A stretch of DNA of 64,000 nucleotides from an uncultured Gemmatimonadales bacterium. Lineage in GTDB: Bacteria > Gemmatimonadota > Gemmatimonadetes > Longimicrobiales > RSA9. A program made the translations under genes and the position numbers. The DNA lies in contig CAVUKA010000005.1 of assembly GCA_963741945.1 (NCBI GenBank), positions 64,001 to 128,000 on the forward strand, in the 5' to 3' direction. Below the pieces are notes generated by a model. It was given only the letters and a program-made list of their open reading frames with translations, ran no database searches and was not told the origin of the DNA. Positions 20,474 through 30,708 of this stretch are shown here, piece after piece; within the stretch, counting starts at the first letter, position 1, and each line of letters begins with the position of its first letter.

Positions 20474-21154
20474 CTAGAGTCCGGGGTGCTGCTGCTCGAG
20501 GTCGTTGCGCCACTGCTTGTCGGCGTAGATGACGACCTCGACGCGGCGGTTCAGCTGGCGCCCCTCCGCTGTGTCGTTGGAGGCGACGGGGTCGCTCTCG
20601 CCGAGACCGCGGGTGGAGATGCGCCCGGGGGCCACGCCCATGGTGCGGAGGTACTCGGCGGCCGAGCTCGCCCGGCGCTGCGAGAGCGCCTGGTTGTAGG
20701 GGTCGGAGCCGGTGGCGTCGGTGTGTCCGAGGATGCTCACGTCCGTGTTCGGGTACCGGCGCAGGTTGTCCGCGAGGGCGCCGAGATTGTCGCGCGCCGT
20801 GGGACGGAGGTTGGAGCTGTCGAAGTCGAACAGGATGCCGTTGTCGAACGTTACGACGATCCCCTCGCCGACCCGCGACACCGTGGCGCCTTCGACGCTC
20901 TGTTCGATGGATTTCGCCTGCTGGTCCATCTGGTGGCCGATGATGGCGCCCGCCGCGCCACCCACGGCCGCGCCCACGATGGCGCCCTTTGCCGTGGAGC
21001 CGACCTGATTCCCGACGACCGCGCCGACTGCCGCCCCCGTGCCGGCACCGATCACGGCGCCCTTCTCCTTGTTGTTCCAGCTCGCGCACGCACTGGTGCC
21101 GATCATCGCGCCCACTGCGAGCACCGCGACCGGCAGCCGCATCGCCTGTCTCAT
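20474..21154 (-). CDS. OmpA-family lipoprotein with glycine zipper
   Basis: Lipobox TSAC, GAVIGAGTGAAVG zipper, GHTDATG, NQALSQRRA, NRRVE. Confidence 0.93.
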   Translation of the reverse strand: MRQAMRLPVAVLAVGAMIGTSACASWNNKEKGAVIGAGTGAAVGAVVGNQVGSTAKGAIVGAAVGGAAGAIIGHQMDQQAKSIEQSVEGATVSRVGEGIVVTFDNGILFDFDSSNLRPTARDNLGALADNLRRYPNTDVSILGHTDATGSDPYNQALSQRRASSAAEYLRTMGVAPGRISTRGLGESDPVASNDTAEGRQLNRRVEVVIYADKQWRNDLEQQHPGL

Positions 21155-21362
21155 ATGTACTCTCCCCCTGGTTGGGATCTGGTCCATTCGCCCTTCCTCG
21201 TGGCAAGCCCGGTGCCACGCCTCCTCCTGCCGCCCCGCGGCCCGCCCTGGCGCGTCCCCCGCGCATCCGTCGCAGTGCGTTGTCGGCGCGCCCTTCGTGT
21301 CCCCCTGGGAGGACATATACCCGTCCGTGCACGGGACGCCGCGGCCGTCTTACCTTTGGGCA

Positions 21363-23969
21363 ATGACAGAATGGCGGAGAGCAGTGGCGGACCTGCCCAT
21401 CCTGGGGGTCCTCGAGGAGCTCCGGGCGGCGCTGTCGAGCCTGGGCGCCGGGGTGCTGGTGGCGCCGCCGGGCGCGGGCAAGACCACGGTGGTACCGCTG
21501 GCGTTGCTGGAAGCGGAGTGGCTCGGGGGCGGCCGGATCGTGGTGCTCGAGCCGCGGCGGCTGGCGGCGCGGGCGGCGGCGGCGCGGATGTCGTGGCTGC
21601 TGGGGGAGGGGGGCGTGGGCGGGACGGTGGGCTACCGGATCCGTGGCGACACGCGCGTGAGCCGGCGCACGCGGGTGGAAGTGGTGACGGAAGGGGTGCT
21701 CACGCGGATGCTCCAGTCGGACCCGTCGCTCGGGGGCGTGGCCGCGGTGCTCTTCGACGAGTTCCACGAGCGTTCGGTCCACGCGGATCTCGGTCTGGCG
21801 CTGGCGCTGCACTGCCGGTCGCTCCTGCGGCCGGGGCTGCGGCTGGTGGTCATGTCGGCCACACTGGACGCGTCGCCGGCCGCGGCGCTCGTGGGGGACG
21901 CGCCGGTGGTCGCGAGCGAGGGCCGGCTCCACCCGGTCGAGACGCGCTGGCGACGCGCCCCCGTGGAAGGGTGGATCGAGCCGGCGGTGGTCCGGACGGT
22001 GCTGAACGCCCTGGCGCGCGACGACGGGGACTTCCTGGTCTTCCTACCGGGCGCCGCTGAGATCCGGAGGACGGAGTCGCGGCTCGCCGAGGCCGGGCTT
22101 TCGCCGGACGTGTTCGTGGTCCCGCTCTTCGGCAGCCTCTCTCGCGAGGAGCAGGACCGGGCCATCCTCCCGAGCCCTCCGGGGCGGCGCAAAGTGGTGC
22201 TGGCCACATCGATCGCGGAGACGTCGCTCACCATCGAGGGCGTGCGCGTGGTGGTGGATGCGGGGCTGATGCGGGTGCCCCGCTTCGATCCCGGCACGGG
22301 GATGACCCGGCTGGAGACCGTGCGGGTGACGCGCGACGCGGCGGATCAGCGGCGCGGACGGGCGGGCCGCACCGCCCCGGGGGTCTGCTACCGGCTGTGG
22401 ACGCGGGCGGAGGAGCGAGGGCTGGTGCCCCACCGTCGCCCGGAGATCCTGGAGGCCGACCTGGCGCCGCTCGCGCTGGAGCTGGCCGTTTGGGGCGCTT
22501 CCGCGGACGAGCTGCGCTGGCTCGATCCGCCGCCCGCCCCTGCGCTGGCGCAGGCCCGGGAGCTCCTGCGGGAGCTGGAAGCGGTGGACGGGAACGGCGC
22601 GGCCACGGACCACGGCCGCCGCATCGCCGCCATCGGCGCCCACCCGCGCCTCGCCCACATGCTGTTGCGCGCCCGCGAGCTGGGCATGGGGGAGGTCGGC
22701 GCCGATGTGGCCGCGCTCCTGTCGGAGCGCGACATCCTCCGCGGCGAGGGGCGCGCCCCGGACGCGGACCTGCGGCTGCGCGTGGACGCCCTGTCGGCCG
22801 CGCGCGCCCACCGGAGCGCGGACGTTTCCACCATTCCTGGGCAGCTGGTGCTGGGCGCCCGGCTGCGGGCGGTGCTCCGGGAGGCATCGCTCCTCCGGTC
22901 CGCCGGGGCGAGCGCCGCGGGCAGTGAGCCGGGTGAGGGATCTCTGGCGGACCCACGCCCGGGTGGGGCATCGCTCGCAGGCGACGCGGGGGCGGCCGCC
23001 TTCGTGGGCGTGGGCGAGCTCGCGGCGCTGGCCTACCCCGACCGGGTGGGGCGGAAGCGCCCGGGGGAGCGCGGCCGGTACCTGCTTCGGAACGGTCGCG
23101 GGGCCGCGTTCACGGAGCCGCAGCCACTGGGCGGAGCGGAGTGGCTGGTGGCCGCGGAAGTGGAAGGCGGGGGCGCGGACGCCCGCATCCTGCGCGCCGC
23201 CCCCGTGTCGCTGGACTCCGTGGAGCGGCTGTTCGCTGCGCAGATCCAGGAGATGGACGAGATCGCCTGGTCCGCCGGTGAGGGGCGGGTGGTGGCACGC
23301 AGGGTCCGCCGCCTGGGCGCGCTGACGTTCTCGGAAGCGCCGCTCCGCGACCCGCCGGCGGAGCGGGTGTCGGCCGCGCTCCTGGACGGAATCCGCGACG
23401 CAGGGCTGACCGCGCTGCCGTGGACGAAGGACACGCGCCAGCTCCAGGAACGGCTGGTCTTTCTCCACGGCCTCGATCCCGCCACACGGCCGGACCGGAG
23501 GGATGCGGCGCTGGAATCATCGCTCGAAGCGTGGTTGCTCCCCTTCCTCTCCGGGATGCGCCGCCTCGGCGACCTCCGCGGCGTGGACCTGGCCGAGGCG
23601 CTGCTGGCGGGCGTCTCGTGGGACGCGCGCGCGCGCCTCGACGCCCTGGCGCCCACACACGTGGAAGTCCCCAGCGGGTCCCGGATCCGTGTCGATTACT
23701 CGGAGCCCACCGCCCCGGCCCTGGCCGTCCGCCTGCAGGAAGTCTTCGGCTGGCAGGACACGCCCCGCGTCGGCGGCGGACGCGTGCCCCTCACCATGCG
23801 GCTCCTCTCTCCAGCGCAGCGGCCCGTCCAGGTGACACAGGACCTGGCCAGCTTCTGGCGCGACGCCTACTTCGAAGTTCGCAAGGACATGCGGGGGCGG
23901 TATCCGAAGCACTACTGGCCCGAGGACCCGCTGCGCGCCACGCCCACACGCCGGGTGCGGCCCGACTAG
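21363..23969 (+). CDS. hrpB: ATP-dependent helicase HrpB
   Basis: APPGAGKTT, DEFHER, MSAT, QRRGRAGR, and the C-terminal RGRYPKHYWPEDP. Confidence 0.95.
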   Translation: MTEWRRAVADLPILGVLEELRAALSSLGAGVLVAPPGAGKTTVVPLALLEAEWLGGGRIVVLEPRRLAARAAAARMSWLLGEGGVGGTVGYRIRGDTRVSRRTRVEVVTEGVLTRMLQSDPSLGGVAAVLFDEFHERSVHADLGLALALHCRSLLRPGLRLVVMSATLDASPAAALVGDAPVVASEGRLHPVETRWRRAPVEGWIEPAVVRTVLNALARDDGDFLVFLPGAAEIRRTESRLAEAGLSPDVFVVPLFGSLSREEQDRAILPSPPGRRKVVLATSIAETSLTIEGVRVVVDAGLMRVPRFDPGTGMTRLETVRVTRDAADQRRGRAGRTAPGVCYRLWTRAEERGLVPHRRPEILEADLAPLALELAVWGASADELRWLDPPPAPALAQARELLRELEAVDGNGAATDHGRRIAAIGAHPRLAHMLLRARELGMGEVGADVAALLSERDILRGEGRAPDADLRLRVDALSAARAHRSADVSTIPGQLVLGARLRAVLREASLLRSAGASAAGSEPGEGSLADPRPGGASLAGDAGAAAFVGVGELAALAYPDRVGRKRPGERGRYLLRNGRGAAFTEPQPLGGAEWLVAAEVEGGGADARILRAAPVSLDSVERLFAAQIQEMDEIAWSAGEGRVVARRVRRLGALTFSEAPLRDPPAERVSAALLDGIRDAGLTALPWTKDTRQLQERLVFLHGLDPATRPDRRDAALESSLEAWLLPFLSGMRRLGDLRGVDLAEALLAGVSWDARARLDALAPTHVEVPSGSRIRVDYSEPTAPALAVRLQEVFGWQDTPRVGGGRVPLTMRLLSPAQRPVQVTQDLASFWRDAYFEVRKDMRGRYPKHYWPEDPLRATPTRRVRPD

Positions 23970-24053
23970 CGAGGGCCGCGGAACAGCCGCGCGCGCGGCT
24001 CCGACCGCCCGAGTGACACGCGCCCGCGACGGCCGCTCTCGCCCGCAGCCTCC

Positions 24054-25772
24054 CTACACCGCCGTCCGCTCCTCCCGCATCCGGGCCACCACATCGTGCG
24101 CCAGCGGGAACCAGCGCATGCGCTCGAAGTCGGACTCCAGGGCGGCGGGCTCGATGTCCATGCCCGGCACTTCCTCCTCGGCGTGCCGGCGGATCCGGTC
24201 CGCTTCGAGGAAGTACTCCTCGAACGCGCTCTCGTCGGCGCGGGTGTGGTGCGATCGGAAGTGGAGCTCGGCGCCCTGATAGCGTACGTCGTTCAGGCTC
24301 ATGGGCGCGTGGGCCTTCCAGTCGCGGTGTCGCCAGTCCCCGCTGCTGGCATCGAAATCGTAGTACGGGAGCAACTTCCAGCCGTGCGTGGCCACCCAAT
24401 CCACGGCCAGCAGGATGAAATCGGCTTCCTCTTCCGAGATGAAGTAGTTGAAGCCCACGCGCGTCCAGCCGGGCTTCAGGCCGCGGCACCCCTGCTCGAT
24501 CTTGCGGACGTGGTCGTCCAGCTCCCGCCCCTGGATGCCCAGGAGCCGCGCGCCATAGGGACCCGCGCACGAGCACCCGCCCCGCGCCTGGATGCCGAAC
24601 AGGTCGTTCAGCAGCGCGGTCACCAGATCGTGGTGCACGTGCCACCGCTCGCCCCAGCGGACCGCGAACGAGATGATGGCGAGCCGGTGGGCGTCGTGGG
24701 GACCGAGCACGTCCAGCCGCGGGTTCCGCTCCCACGCCGCGATGGCACGGCGCGTGAACCCGTCCTCCAACACGCGGATCGTGTCCGTCCCGACGGCTTC
24801 CTTCAGCTGGAACACCAGCCCGGCCCGGATCGCCTCGATGATCGCGGGCGTGCCGCCCTCCTCCCGCATCTCCGGCTCGGCCATGTAGCGGTGATAGCTC
24901 TCCGTCACGAACTCGACTGTGCCGCCACCCGGACGGCTCGGCACCCGGTTCTGGAACAGGCGACGCTTGGCGATCACCACGCCCGGCGTGCCCGGCCCGC
25001 CCACGAACTTGTGAGGCGAGAGGAACACGGCATCCTTGTAGTCCAGCGGATCGCCATGCCCGTTCATGGCGATGTCCACGTACGGACCCGCCGCGGCGAA
25101 GTCCCAGAACGACAGCGCTCCATGCTGGTGCAGCAGACGCGACACCGCACTGGCGTCCGTCACGACGCCCGTGACGTTCGACGCGGCGGAGAAGCTGCCG
25201 ATGCGGACGGCACGGTGCGCATACTCCTCCAGCCGACGCTCGAGCTCACCCAGGTGGATCCGGCCATCGGCGTCCTCGTGGATCACCACCACGTCGGCGA
25301 TGGACTCGCGCCACGGCAGCTCGTTGCTGTGGTGCTCGTACGGGCCGATGAACACCACCGGCCGGTCCTGCTCCGGGATGCGGTCCATCAGGTCGTAGCG
25401 CGACGACAGGTCGCTGGGAAGGCAGAGATTGAGCACCTCGATGAGCGTGTGCACCGCCCCCGTGGCGCCGGACCCGGTGAAGATCAGGACGTCCTCCGGC
25501 CCCGCGCCGGCGGCATCCTTGATCACCTGCCGCGCTTCTTCCCGGAAGCGCGTGGTCTGCCGCCCCGTCCCCGATGTTTCCGTGTGGGTGTTCGCGTAGA
25601 GCGGGAGGACTTCACGACGCACGAAGTCCTCGATGAACGAGAGGGAGCGCCCCGAGGCGGTGTAGTCCGCGTACGTGATCCGACGGTAGCCGTAGGGCGT
25701 TTCGATGGCTTCGTCGGCCCCGATCACCGACGAGCGGATCAGGGCGATCAGGTCCTGCGTGGCATGTTCCAT
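24054..25772 (-). CDS. Class V PLP-dependent aminotransferase (cysteine desulfurase-like)
   Basis: YADYTASGR, EHHSNELPW, SPHKF, RGGCSCAGPYG. Confidence 0.88.
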   Translation of the reverse strand: MEHATQDLIALIRSSVIGADEAIETPYGYRRITYADYTASGRSLSFIEDFVRREVLPLYANTHTETSGTGRQTTRFREEARQVIKDAAGAGPEDVLIFTGSGATGAVHTLIEVLNLCLPSDLSSRYDLMDRIPEQDRPVVFIGPYEHHSNELPWRESIADVVVIHEDADGRIHLGELERRLEEYAHRAVRIGSFSAASNVTGVVTDASAVSRLLHQHGALSFWDFAAAGPYVDIAMNGHGDPLDYKDAVFLSPHKFVGGPGTPGVVIAKRRLFQNRVPSRPGGGTVEFVTESYHRYMAEPEMREEGGTPAIIEAIRAGLVFQLKEAVGTDTIRVLEDGFTRRAIAAWERNPRLDVLGPHDAHRLAIISFAVRWGERWHVHHDLVTALLNDLFGIQARGGCSCAGPYGARLLGIQGRELDDHVRKIEQGCRGLKPGWTRVGFNYFISEEEADFILLAVDWVATHGWKLLPYYDFDASSGDWRHRDWKAHAPMSLNDVRYQGAELHFRSHHTRADESAFEEYFLEADRIRRHAEEEVPGMDIEPAALESDFERMRWFPLAHDVVARMREERTAV

Positions 25773-25781
25773 GGCCGGAAT

Positions 25782-26645
25782 CTAGGCCGCACCCCCCGCT
25801 TCGCTCAACGTCCCCAGCGGAGCGCCGAGCCGGATGTCGCGCCCGGGCGCCACGTCCCGCTGCAGCGCGACGCCGCGCTCGAAGAGCAGAACCACCGTGG
25901 AGCCAAGGTGGAACGCCATCAATCCATCGCCCCGCGTCACGGCCAGCGGCGGCTCGTACAGGCGCGTCTCGGCCCGCGCGCCGGTCCGGTTCGTCACCAG
26001 CGTTTCGTCGTAGTCGGCCGTGATCCGCCCCACGTTGAACGCACCCACGGCCACCACCGCCACCGCACCCCGGCCCCCGTCGGGCATCGCCCCGCCGGAG
26101 CCCCCGCCGGAGCCCCCGCCGGCCGCCGCCTCCGCTCCGCTGCCAGCGGGCTCGATCAGCGTCACCAGCCGCTCGTTGCGCGGGAACAGCCGGTCGATCG
26201 CCGCCACCGCGGGCGCGTTCACGGGCAGGAGACGACCGGGGATGTGCCGGGCCTGACGCACCTGTCCCGATACCGGCGCGTGGATCCGGTGATAATGGTG
26301 TGGCGCCAGGTACAGCGTGACGAATGTGCCATGGGCGAACCGCGCGGCCAGCGCCGCGTCGTCCAGGAGCTCGGCTACCGAGTACCAGCGCCCCTTGGCC
26401 TGCAGCGCCCGGCCCTTCCGGACTTCGCCCACCTGGCCGACGACGCCGTCCACCGGCGAGCCGGGCACCCCTTCCGCCGACGGCCACACCCGCGCCCCCG
26501 GCCGCAGCTTCCGGACGAACAGGTCGTCCAGGGAGCCGAACGACGACAGCGGCTCGGCCGCCTCGGACAGGTCCATGCGCAGAACGGCCGCGGCCGCCCC
26601 CAGTACCCGCTGGCGCAACGCCCGGGGGAGCGGCACCCGGGCCAT
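25782..26645 (-). CDS. psd: Phosphatidylserine decarboxylase proenzyme (true start may lie about 45 nt upstream)
   Basis: SPVDG, YLAPHHYHRIHAP, RNER, VGAFNVG, and the self-cleavage motif FHLGSTVVL. Confidence 0.9.
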   Translation of the reverse strand: MARVPLPRALRQRVLGAAAAVLRMDLSEAAEPLSSFGSLDDLFVRKLRPGARVWPSAEGVPGSPVDGVVGQVGEVRKGRALQAKGRWYSVAELLDDAALAARFAHGTFVTLYLAPHHYHRIHAPVSGQVRQARHIPGRLLPVNAPAVAAIDRLFPRNERLVTLIEPAGSGAEAAAGGGSGGGSGGAMPDGGRGAVAVVAVGAFNVGRITADYDETLVTNRTGARAETRLYEPPLAVTRGDGLMAFHLGSTVVLLFERGVALQRDVAPGRDIRLGAPLGTLSEAGGAA

Positions 26646-26686
26646 CCTGCCCGTCGCGCGCGACAGCAGCGCCGTGATCCAGCGGA

Positions 26687-27121
26687 TCAGCGCAGCACTC
26701 CGTTGATGTAGTCCTTCAGGTGACGGTTCTCGGCTTCCATGGTCCGGCGCACTGCGTTCACCACGTCGCCGATGGAGACGATCCCCTCCAGCTGTCCGTC
26801 CGCCACGATCGGCAGGTGCCTGACCCGGTTCTGCGTCATGATCCCCATGACGTAGTCCAGCCCGTCGTCCGGCACCGCCACCAGCACGTCCGACGTCATG
26901 GCCTCCTCCACCCGCGTGCGCTCCAGCCGGGCCGGGTCGCCGGCCGCCAGGTCCAGCACGTCACGCTCGGTCAGGATCCCCGCCACCTCGTCACCGGTCC
27001 GGACCACCAGTGCGCCGATCCGGTGCTCGGACAGGATCCGCGCGGCGGTGAGCACCGTCTGGTCCGGCGCGACGGAGATGACCTCGCTGCCCTTGGTGCG
27101 GAGAATGTCGCGGATCTTCAT
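26687..27121 (-). CDS. CBS-domain protein
   Basis: GILTERD, RHLPIV, GIVSIGDVV. Confidence 0.9.
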   Translation of the reverse strand: MKIRDILRTKGSEVISVAPDQTVLTAARILSEHRIGALVVRTGDEVAGILTERDVLDLAAGDPARLERTRVEEAMTSDVLVAVPDDGLDYVMGIMTQNRVRHLPIVADGQLEGIVSIGDVVNAVRRTMEAENRHLKDYINGVLR

Positions 27122-27224
27122 GCGGTCTCCCGTCTGTGGGTGAACGGAGTCCGACGTCGGAAGGGGGTATCAATATGCCCGGGCCATGAGGTGAAGGCCA
27201 GAACAAACCATGGCACGGGAGCGG

Positions 27225-28049
27225 CTACCGCGGCGGCCTGGGGGTGGCGGTGAGGTCGAGGACGGAGACTTCCGGGCGCGCGAACACCCGGATCGGGAGC
27301 CCGGAGGTGCCGATCCCGCGGGACGTGTAGACCTGGGTCCAGGGCCGCCGGCGGAGCCCCTGGACGTAGAGATCGGGATTTTCGGCCGAGTTCACGGGCG
27401 CGCCCACGAGCGGGATACGCACCTGGCCGCCGTGGGTATGGCCGCTGACGACCAGGTCCACGGCGTCGAAGGAGCGGCGGCACTGCTCCGCCTGGTCGGG
27501 AGAATGGGCGAGGACCACGGTAAGATCGCGGGCCCCGGGGGGCGGCAGGATCAGGCGGGGCTCGCCCTCGCTCAGGTCGTCGACGCCTGCCACGCAGATG
27601 CGGGCGCCCTCGCGATCGCGCATGATGTAGCGGTTGGTCAGGTCCGTGATCGCCTTGCGAAGCCCCACGGCCCGCCGCCACCGCTCGATCCCGCTCTTGT
27701 GGTCATGGTTGCCGGGCACCGCGAACACCCCCAGCGGCGCCGAAAGCGGCATCAGCGCGTCCAGCACGGCTTCCAGCCCGTCCGGGTCCTCGGCGAAATC
27801 CCCCGTGACGGCCACCAGATCGGGGCGAGCCGCCCCCAGCGCCGCAACGGCTCGCCGTACCAGCCGGACGCCCTTGCGGCGCTCGACGTGCAGGTCGGTG
27901 AGCACACCGATGCGGAGCCCTTCCAGCGGAGCCGGGAGCCCCGCGATGTGGATTCCCACGTGACGACGCTGGAGCCAGCGGGGCTCCACCAGCACCGCGT
28001 ACCCGAGCGCCGCAGCGGCACTCCCCGCCACCCACCACTTCTTCTTCAC
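27225..28049 (-). CDS. Metallophosphoesterase (calcineurin-like, YkuE type)
   Basis: TDLH, TGDF, PGNHD, SGHTHGGQ. GTG start at VKKKWW. Confidence 0.88.
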   Translation of the reverse strand: MKKKWWVAGSAAAALGYAVLVEPRWLQRRHVGIHIAGLPAPLEGLRIGVLTDLHVERRKGVRLVRRAVAALGAARPDLVAVTGDFAEDPDGLEAVLDALMPLSAPLGVFAVPGNHDHKSGIERWRRAVGLRKAITDLTNRYIMRDREGARICVAGVDDLSEGEPRLILPPPGARDLTVVLAHSPDQAEQCRRSFDAVDLVVSGHTHGGQVRIPLVGAPVNSAENPDLYVQGLRRRPWTQVYTSRGIGTSGLPIRVFARPEVSVLDLTATPRPPR

Positions 28050-28123
28050 GGACTCCTGCCTCCATCCCGCGGGCCGGCCGATTCGAACCATGGCCGGGTG
28101 CGGCAAGCCGCGAGCCAGCGCGA

Positions 28124-29590
28124 CTACGCCGCGGGGACCAGCCGGTCCAGCACCCGCGCCGATGACAGGACGCCCGGAACGCCGGCTCCGGGATGCGTGC
28201 CGGCCCCGACGAAGTACAGACCCTCCACGTCGGGCGCACGATTGTGGTAGCGGAACCAGGCCGACTGCGTCAGGATCGGCTCCGGCCCGAACGCCGCTCC
28301 GTCCACCGACCGGAGCTTCTGCTCGAAATCCCGGGGCGTCATGGTGGTGCGCGTGATCACGGCGTCGGTGAGTCCGGGCATGAGCCGGTGCTCGAGCGCT
28401 TCCAGGATCCGGTCGAAGTAGCCGTCCGCCTCCCGCGCCCAGTCCACACCGCTGCGCGTGTTCGGCACCGGAGAGAGCACGTAGAACGCGTCCCGCCCCG
28501 GCGGCGCCATCCCGGGGTCCGTGCGGGCGGGCGCGTGCAGATACAGGGAAAAGTCGTCGGCCAGGACCCGCTTCCGATAGATGTCGTCCAGAAGCGGACG
28601 GTAGCGCGGGCCCAGCACGATGGTGTGGTGCGCCAGCCGGTCGTACACCCGATCCGTGCCGAAATAGCCCACGAACAGGCTCGGCGACGCCCGCGTGCGC
28701 CTCGCCTTCCGCAGACCCCGGGGGACGTCGCGCTCGCCCATCATGTGGCGGTAGACCCACGACGGGTCCGCGTTGCTCACCACCAGCTCCGCCTCCAGCC
28801 GCTCGCCCGTCTCCATCCGCACGCCCACGGCCCGACCTTCGCGGACCAGCACTTCCTCCACCGGCGACCCCAGGCGCACCTCCACCCCGTGCTCCTCCAG
28901 CAGTCGGACCAGCCCGTCCACGATCGCGCCCGTCCCGCCCAGGGCGAAGTGCACGCCCCACTTCCGCTCCAGCCAGTGGATCAGGAGGTAGATGGACGTC
29001 GTGCTGAACGGATTGCCGCCCACCAGCAGCGGCTCGAACGTGAACGCCTGCCGCAGCCGCTCGTCCTCGATGTAGCGCGACACCAGGCCGTGCACCGTCC
29101 GATAGCTTCCCAGCCGGACCATGGACGGGATCACCCGCGCCATGGCAGTCCAGCGGTCGAACGGACGGTCCGCCAGCCGCGTGTAGCCCACGTCGAAGAT
29201 CCGCTCCGCCGCCTTCGCCAGGCGACGGTAGTTGTCGACGTCCCGCGGGCTGAGCGCCTCGATCTGCGCCAGCAGCCGGTCCTCGTCCCCCACGTAGTCG
29301 AACGTCGAGCCGTCCGGGAACAGGATCCGGTAGAACGGGTCCACCGGCACCAGCTCGAAGTAGTCCCGCGAGTCCCGTCCCAGCAGCCCGAACAGCTCGT
29401 GCAGCAGGTGCGGCGCCGTGATCACCGTGGGGCCCGCATCGAACCGGAAGCCGTCCTGCTCGATCACCCGCGCCCGCCCACCCGGCCGGTCCAGCGCTTC
29501 CAGGAGCGTCACGGCATACCCCTTCGCCCGCAGCCGCACCGCCGCCGCCAGCCCGCCGAACCCGCTCCCGATCACCACCGCTCGCTTCAC
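28124..29590 (-). CDS. crtI: Phytoene desaturase
   Basis: VIGSGFGGLA, FDAGPTVIT, HHTIVLGPRY, YFVGAGTHPGAGVPGV. Confidence 0.95.
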   Translation of the reverse strand: MKRAVVIGSGFGGLAAAVRLRAKGYAVTLLEALDRPGGRARVIEQDGFRFDAGPTVITAPHLLHELFGLLGRDSRDYFELVPVDPFYRILFPDGSTFDYVGDEDRLLAQIEALSPRDVDNYRRLAKAAERIFDVGYTRLADRPFDRWTAMARVIPSMVRLGSYRTVHGLVSRYIEDERLRQAFTFEPLLVGGNPFSTTSIYLLIHWLERKWGVHFALGGTGAIVDGLVRLLEEHGVEVRLGSPVEEVLVREGRAVGVRMETGERLEAELVVSNADPSWVYRHMMGERDVPRGLRKARRTRASPSLFVGYFGTDRVYDRLAHHTIVLGPRYRPLLDDIYRKRVLADDFSLYLHAPARTDPGMAPPGRDAFYVLSPVPNTRSGVDWAREADGYFDRILEALEHRLMPGLTDAVITRTTMTPRDFEQKLRSVDGAAFGPEPILTQSAWFRYHNRAPDVEGLYFVGAGTHPGAGVPGVLSSARVLDRLVPAA

Positions 29591-30549
29591 GCCCTCCCTC
29601 CTTCCGCCGACCGCAGCACTTCCCGCAGCGCCGCCAGATCCGGCACCCGCGTCACCCCCGCCACCGCGCACCGCCCCGAGGATCGACCGCCCACCAGCAC
29701 CGGCACCCCCGCCGGCAGCCGACGACGAACCTCCGCCAGCTGCTCCACCGCCTCCCCACGTGACAGCACCACCACGCTCAGCCCCACCACCGATGCCCCC
29801 GCCCGCGTGGCCGCCCCCGCGATCTCCTCCGCCGGCAGCGATGGCCCCAGGTACAGCACCCGCCATCCCGCATCCGCCGCCACCACGGACGCCAGCATCG
29901 CCCCGAACTCGTGCGACTCCCCCGACGGCGTTCCCATCATCGCCAGGGGAGCCGACACCCCCGCATCGAATTCCCCGAGCAGCCAGTCCAGAACCCGTCG
30001 CACCGCCGTCGACACCACGTGCTCCTGCGCCGGGCGCAGCGATCCCGCCTCCCACAACGAACCCACCCGCTCCAGCAGCGGCGCGACCACCGCGCCCACG
30101 AACGTCGTCACGTCCAGCCGCACCACCGCGCGCATCAGCGCAGACCGCAACGCCCCGGTGTCCATCGCTTCCGCCGCCGCAATGCACGACTCCAGGTAGC
30201 CCTCAACACGCCACCCACCCTCCCCCTCCCCGCCCACCCCCCATTCCCCGATCACCGCACCCGCATCCTCCCCCACCAGCGACACCAGCTCCTCCAGCGG
30301 CAACCCCGCCACGCTCCCGATGCTCCGCCCCCCCTCCGTCGCCCGCTTCAACAGCCCCAGACGCACCACGTCCGCGTCGCTGTATAGCCGTTGTCCACCT
30401 TCCGTCCGCCCCGGCTCCACCGCACCGTATCGCCGCTCCCACGCCCGCAGAACGTGCGGCGACAGACCCGTCCGCTGCACCACCACCCCGATCGGATGCC
30501 GGCCTTCCCCGCCTCTCGCCATCACCCCTCTCCTCTCCTGCGCCACCAC
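29587..30549 (-). CDS. carH: MerR-family cobalamin-binding photoreceptor/repressor (CarH/LitR type)
   Basis: LRAWERRYG MerR HTH, W-x9-EH (WEAGSLRPAQEH), ESHEFG and LYLG B12 motifs; lies upstream of crtI. Confidence 0.85.
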   Translation of the reverse strand: MVAQERRGVMARGGEGRHPIGVVVQRTGLSPHVLRAWERRYGAVEPGRTEGGQRLYSDADVVRLGLLKRATEGGRSIGSVAGLPLEELVSLVGEDAGAVIGEWGVGGEGEGGWRVEGYLESCIAAAEAMDTGALRSALMRAVVRLDVTTFVGAVVAPLLERVGSLWEAGSLRPAQEHVVSTAVRRVLDWLLGEFDAGVSAPLAMMGTPSGESHEFGAMLASVVAADAGWRVLYLGPSLPAEEIAGAATRAGASVVGLSVVVLSRGEAVEQLAEVRRRLPAGVPVLVGGRSSGRCAVAGVTRVPDLAALREVLRSAEGGRA

Positions 30550-30624
30550 ACCCCGTCTCCGCCCCCATCCCTCCCGCCCCCCACCCCGGTCAACGCAGCA
30601 AAGCTATGTCCCGGGCGCCGGACC

Positions 30625-30677
30625 GTCAAGGTTGTGTCGAAATAAACCTTGACAATACTTAGACGATCGGCTATCCC
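30625..30677. promoter_or_regulatory. Divergent promoter/operator of the carotenoid cluster
   Basis: Perfect inverted repeat GTCAAGGTT-N11-AACCTTGAC (30625-30653) overlapping TTGACA (30649-30654). TAGACG lies 11 bp later and TATCCC 17 bp after the -35. Confidence 0.6.
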
Positions 30678-30708
30678 TTTCGGTCCACGCGAGACGGAGT
30701 GAGAGCGG

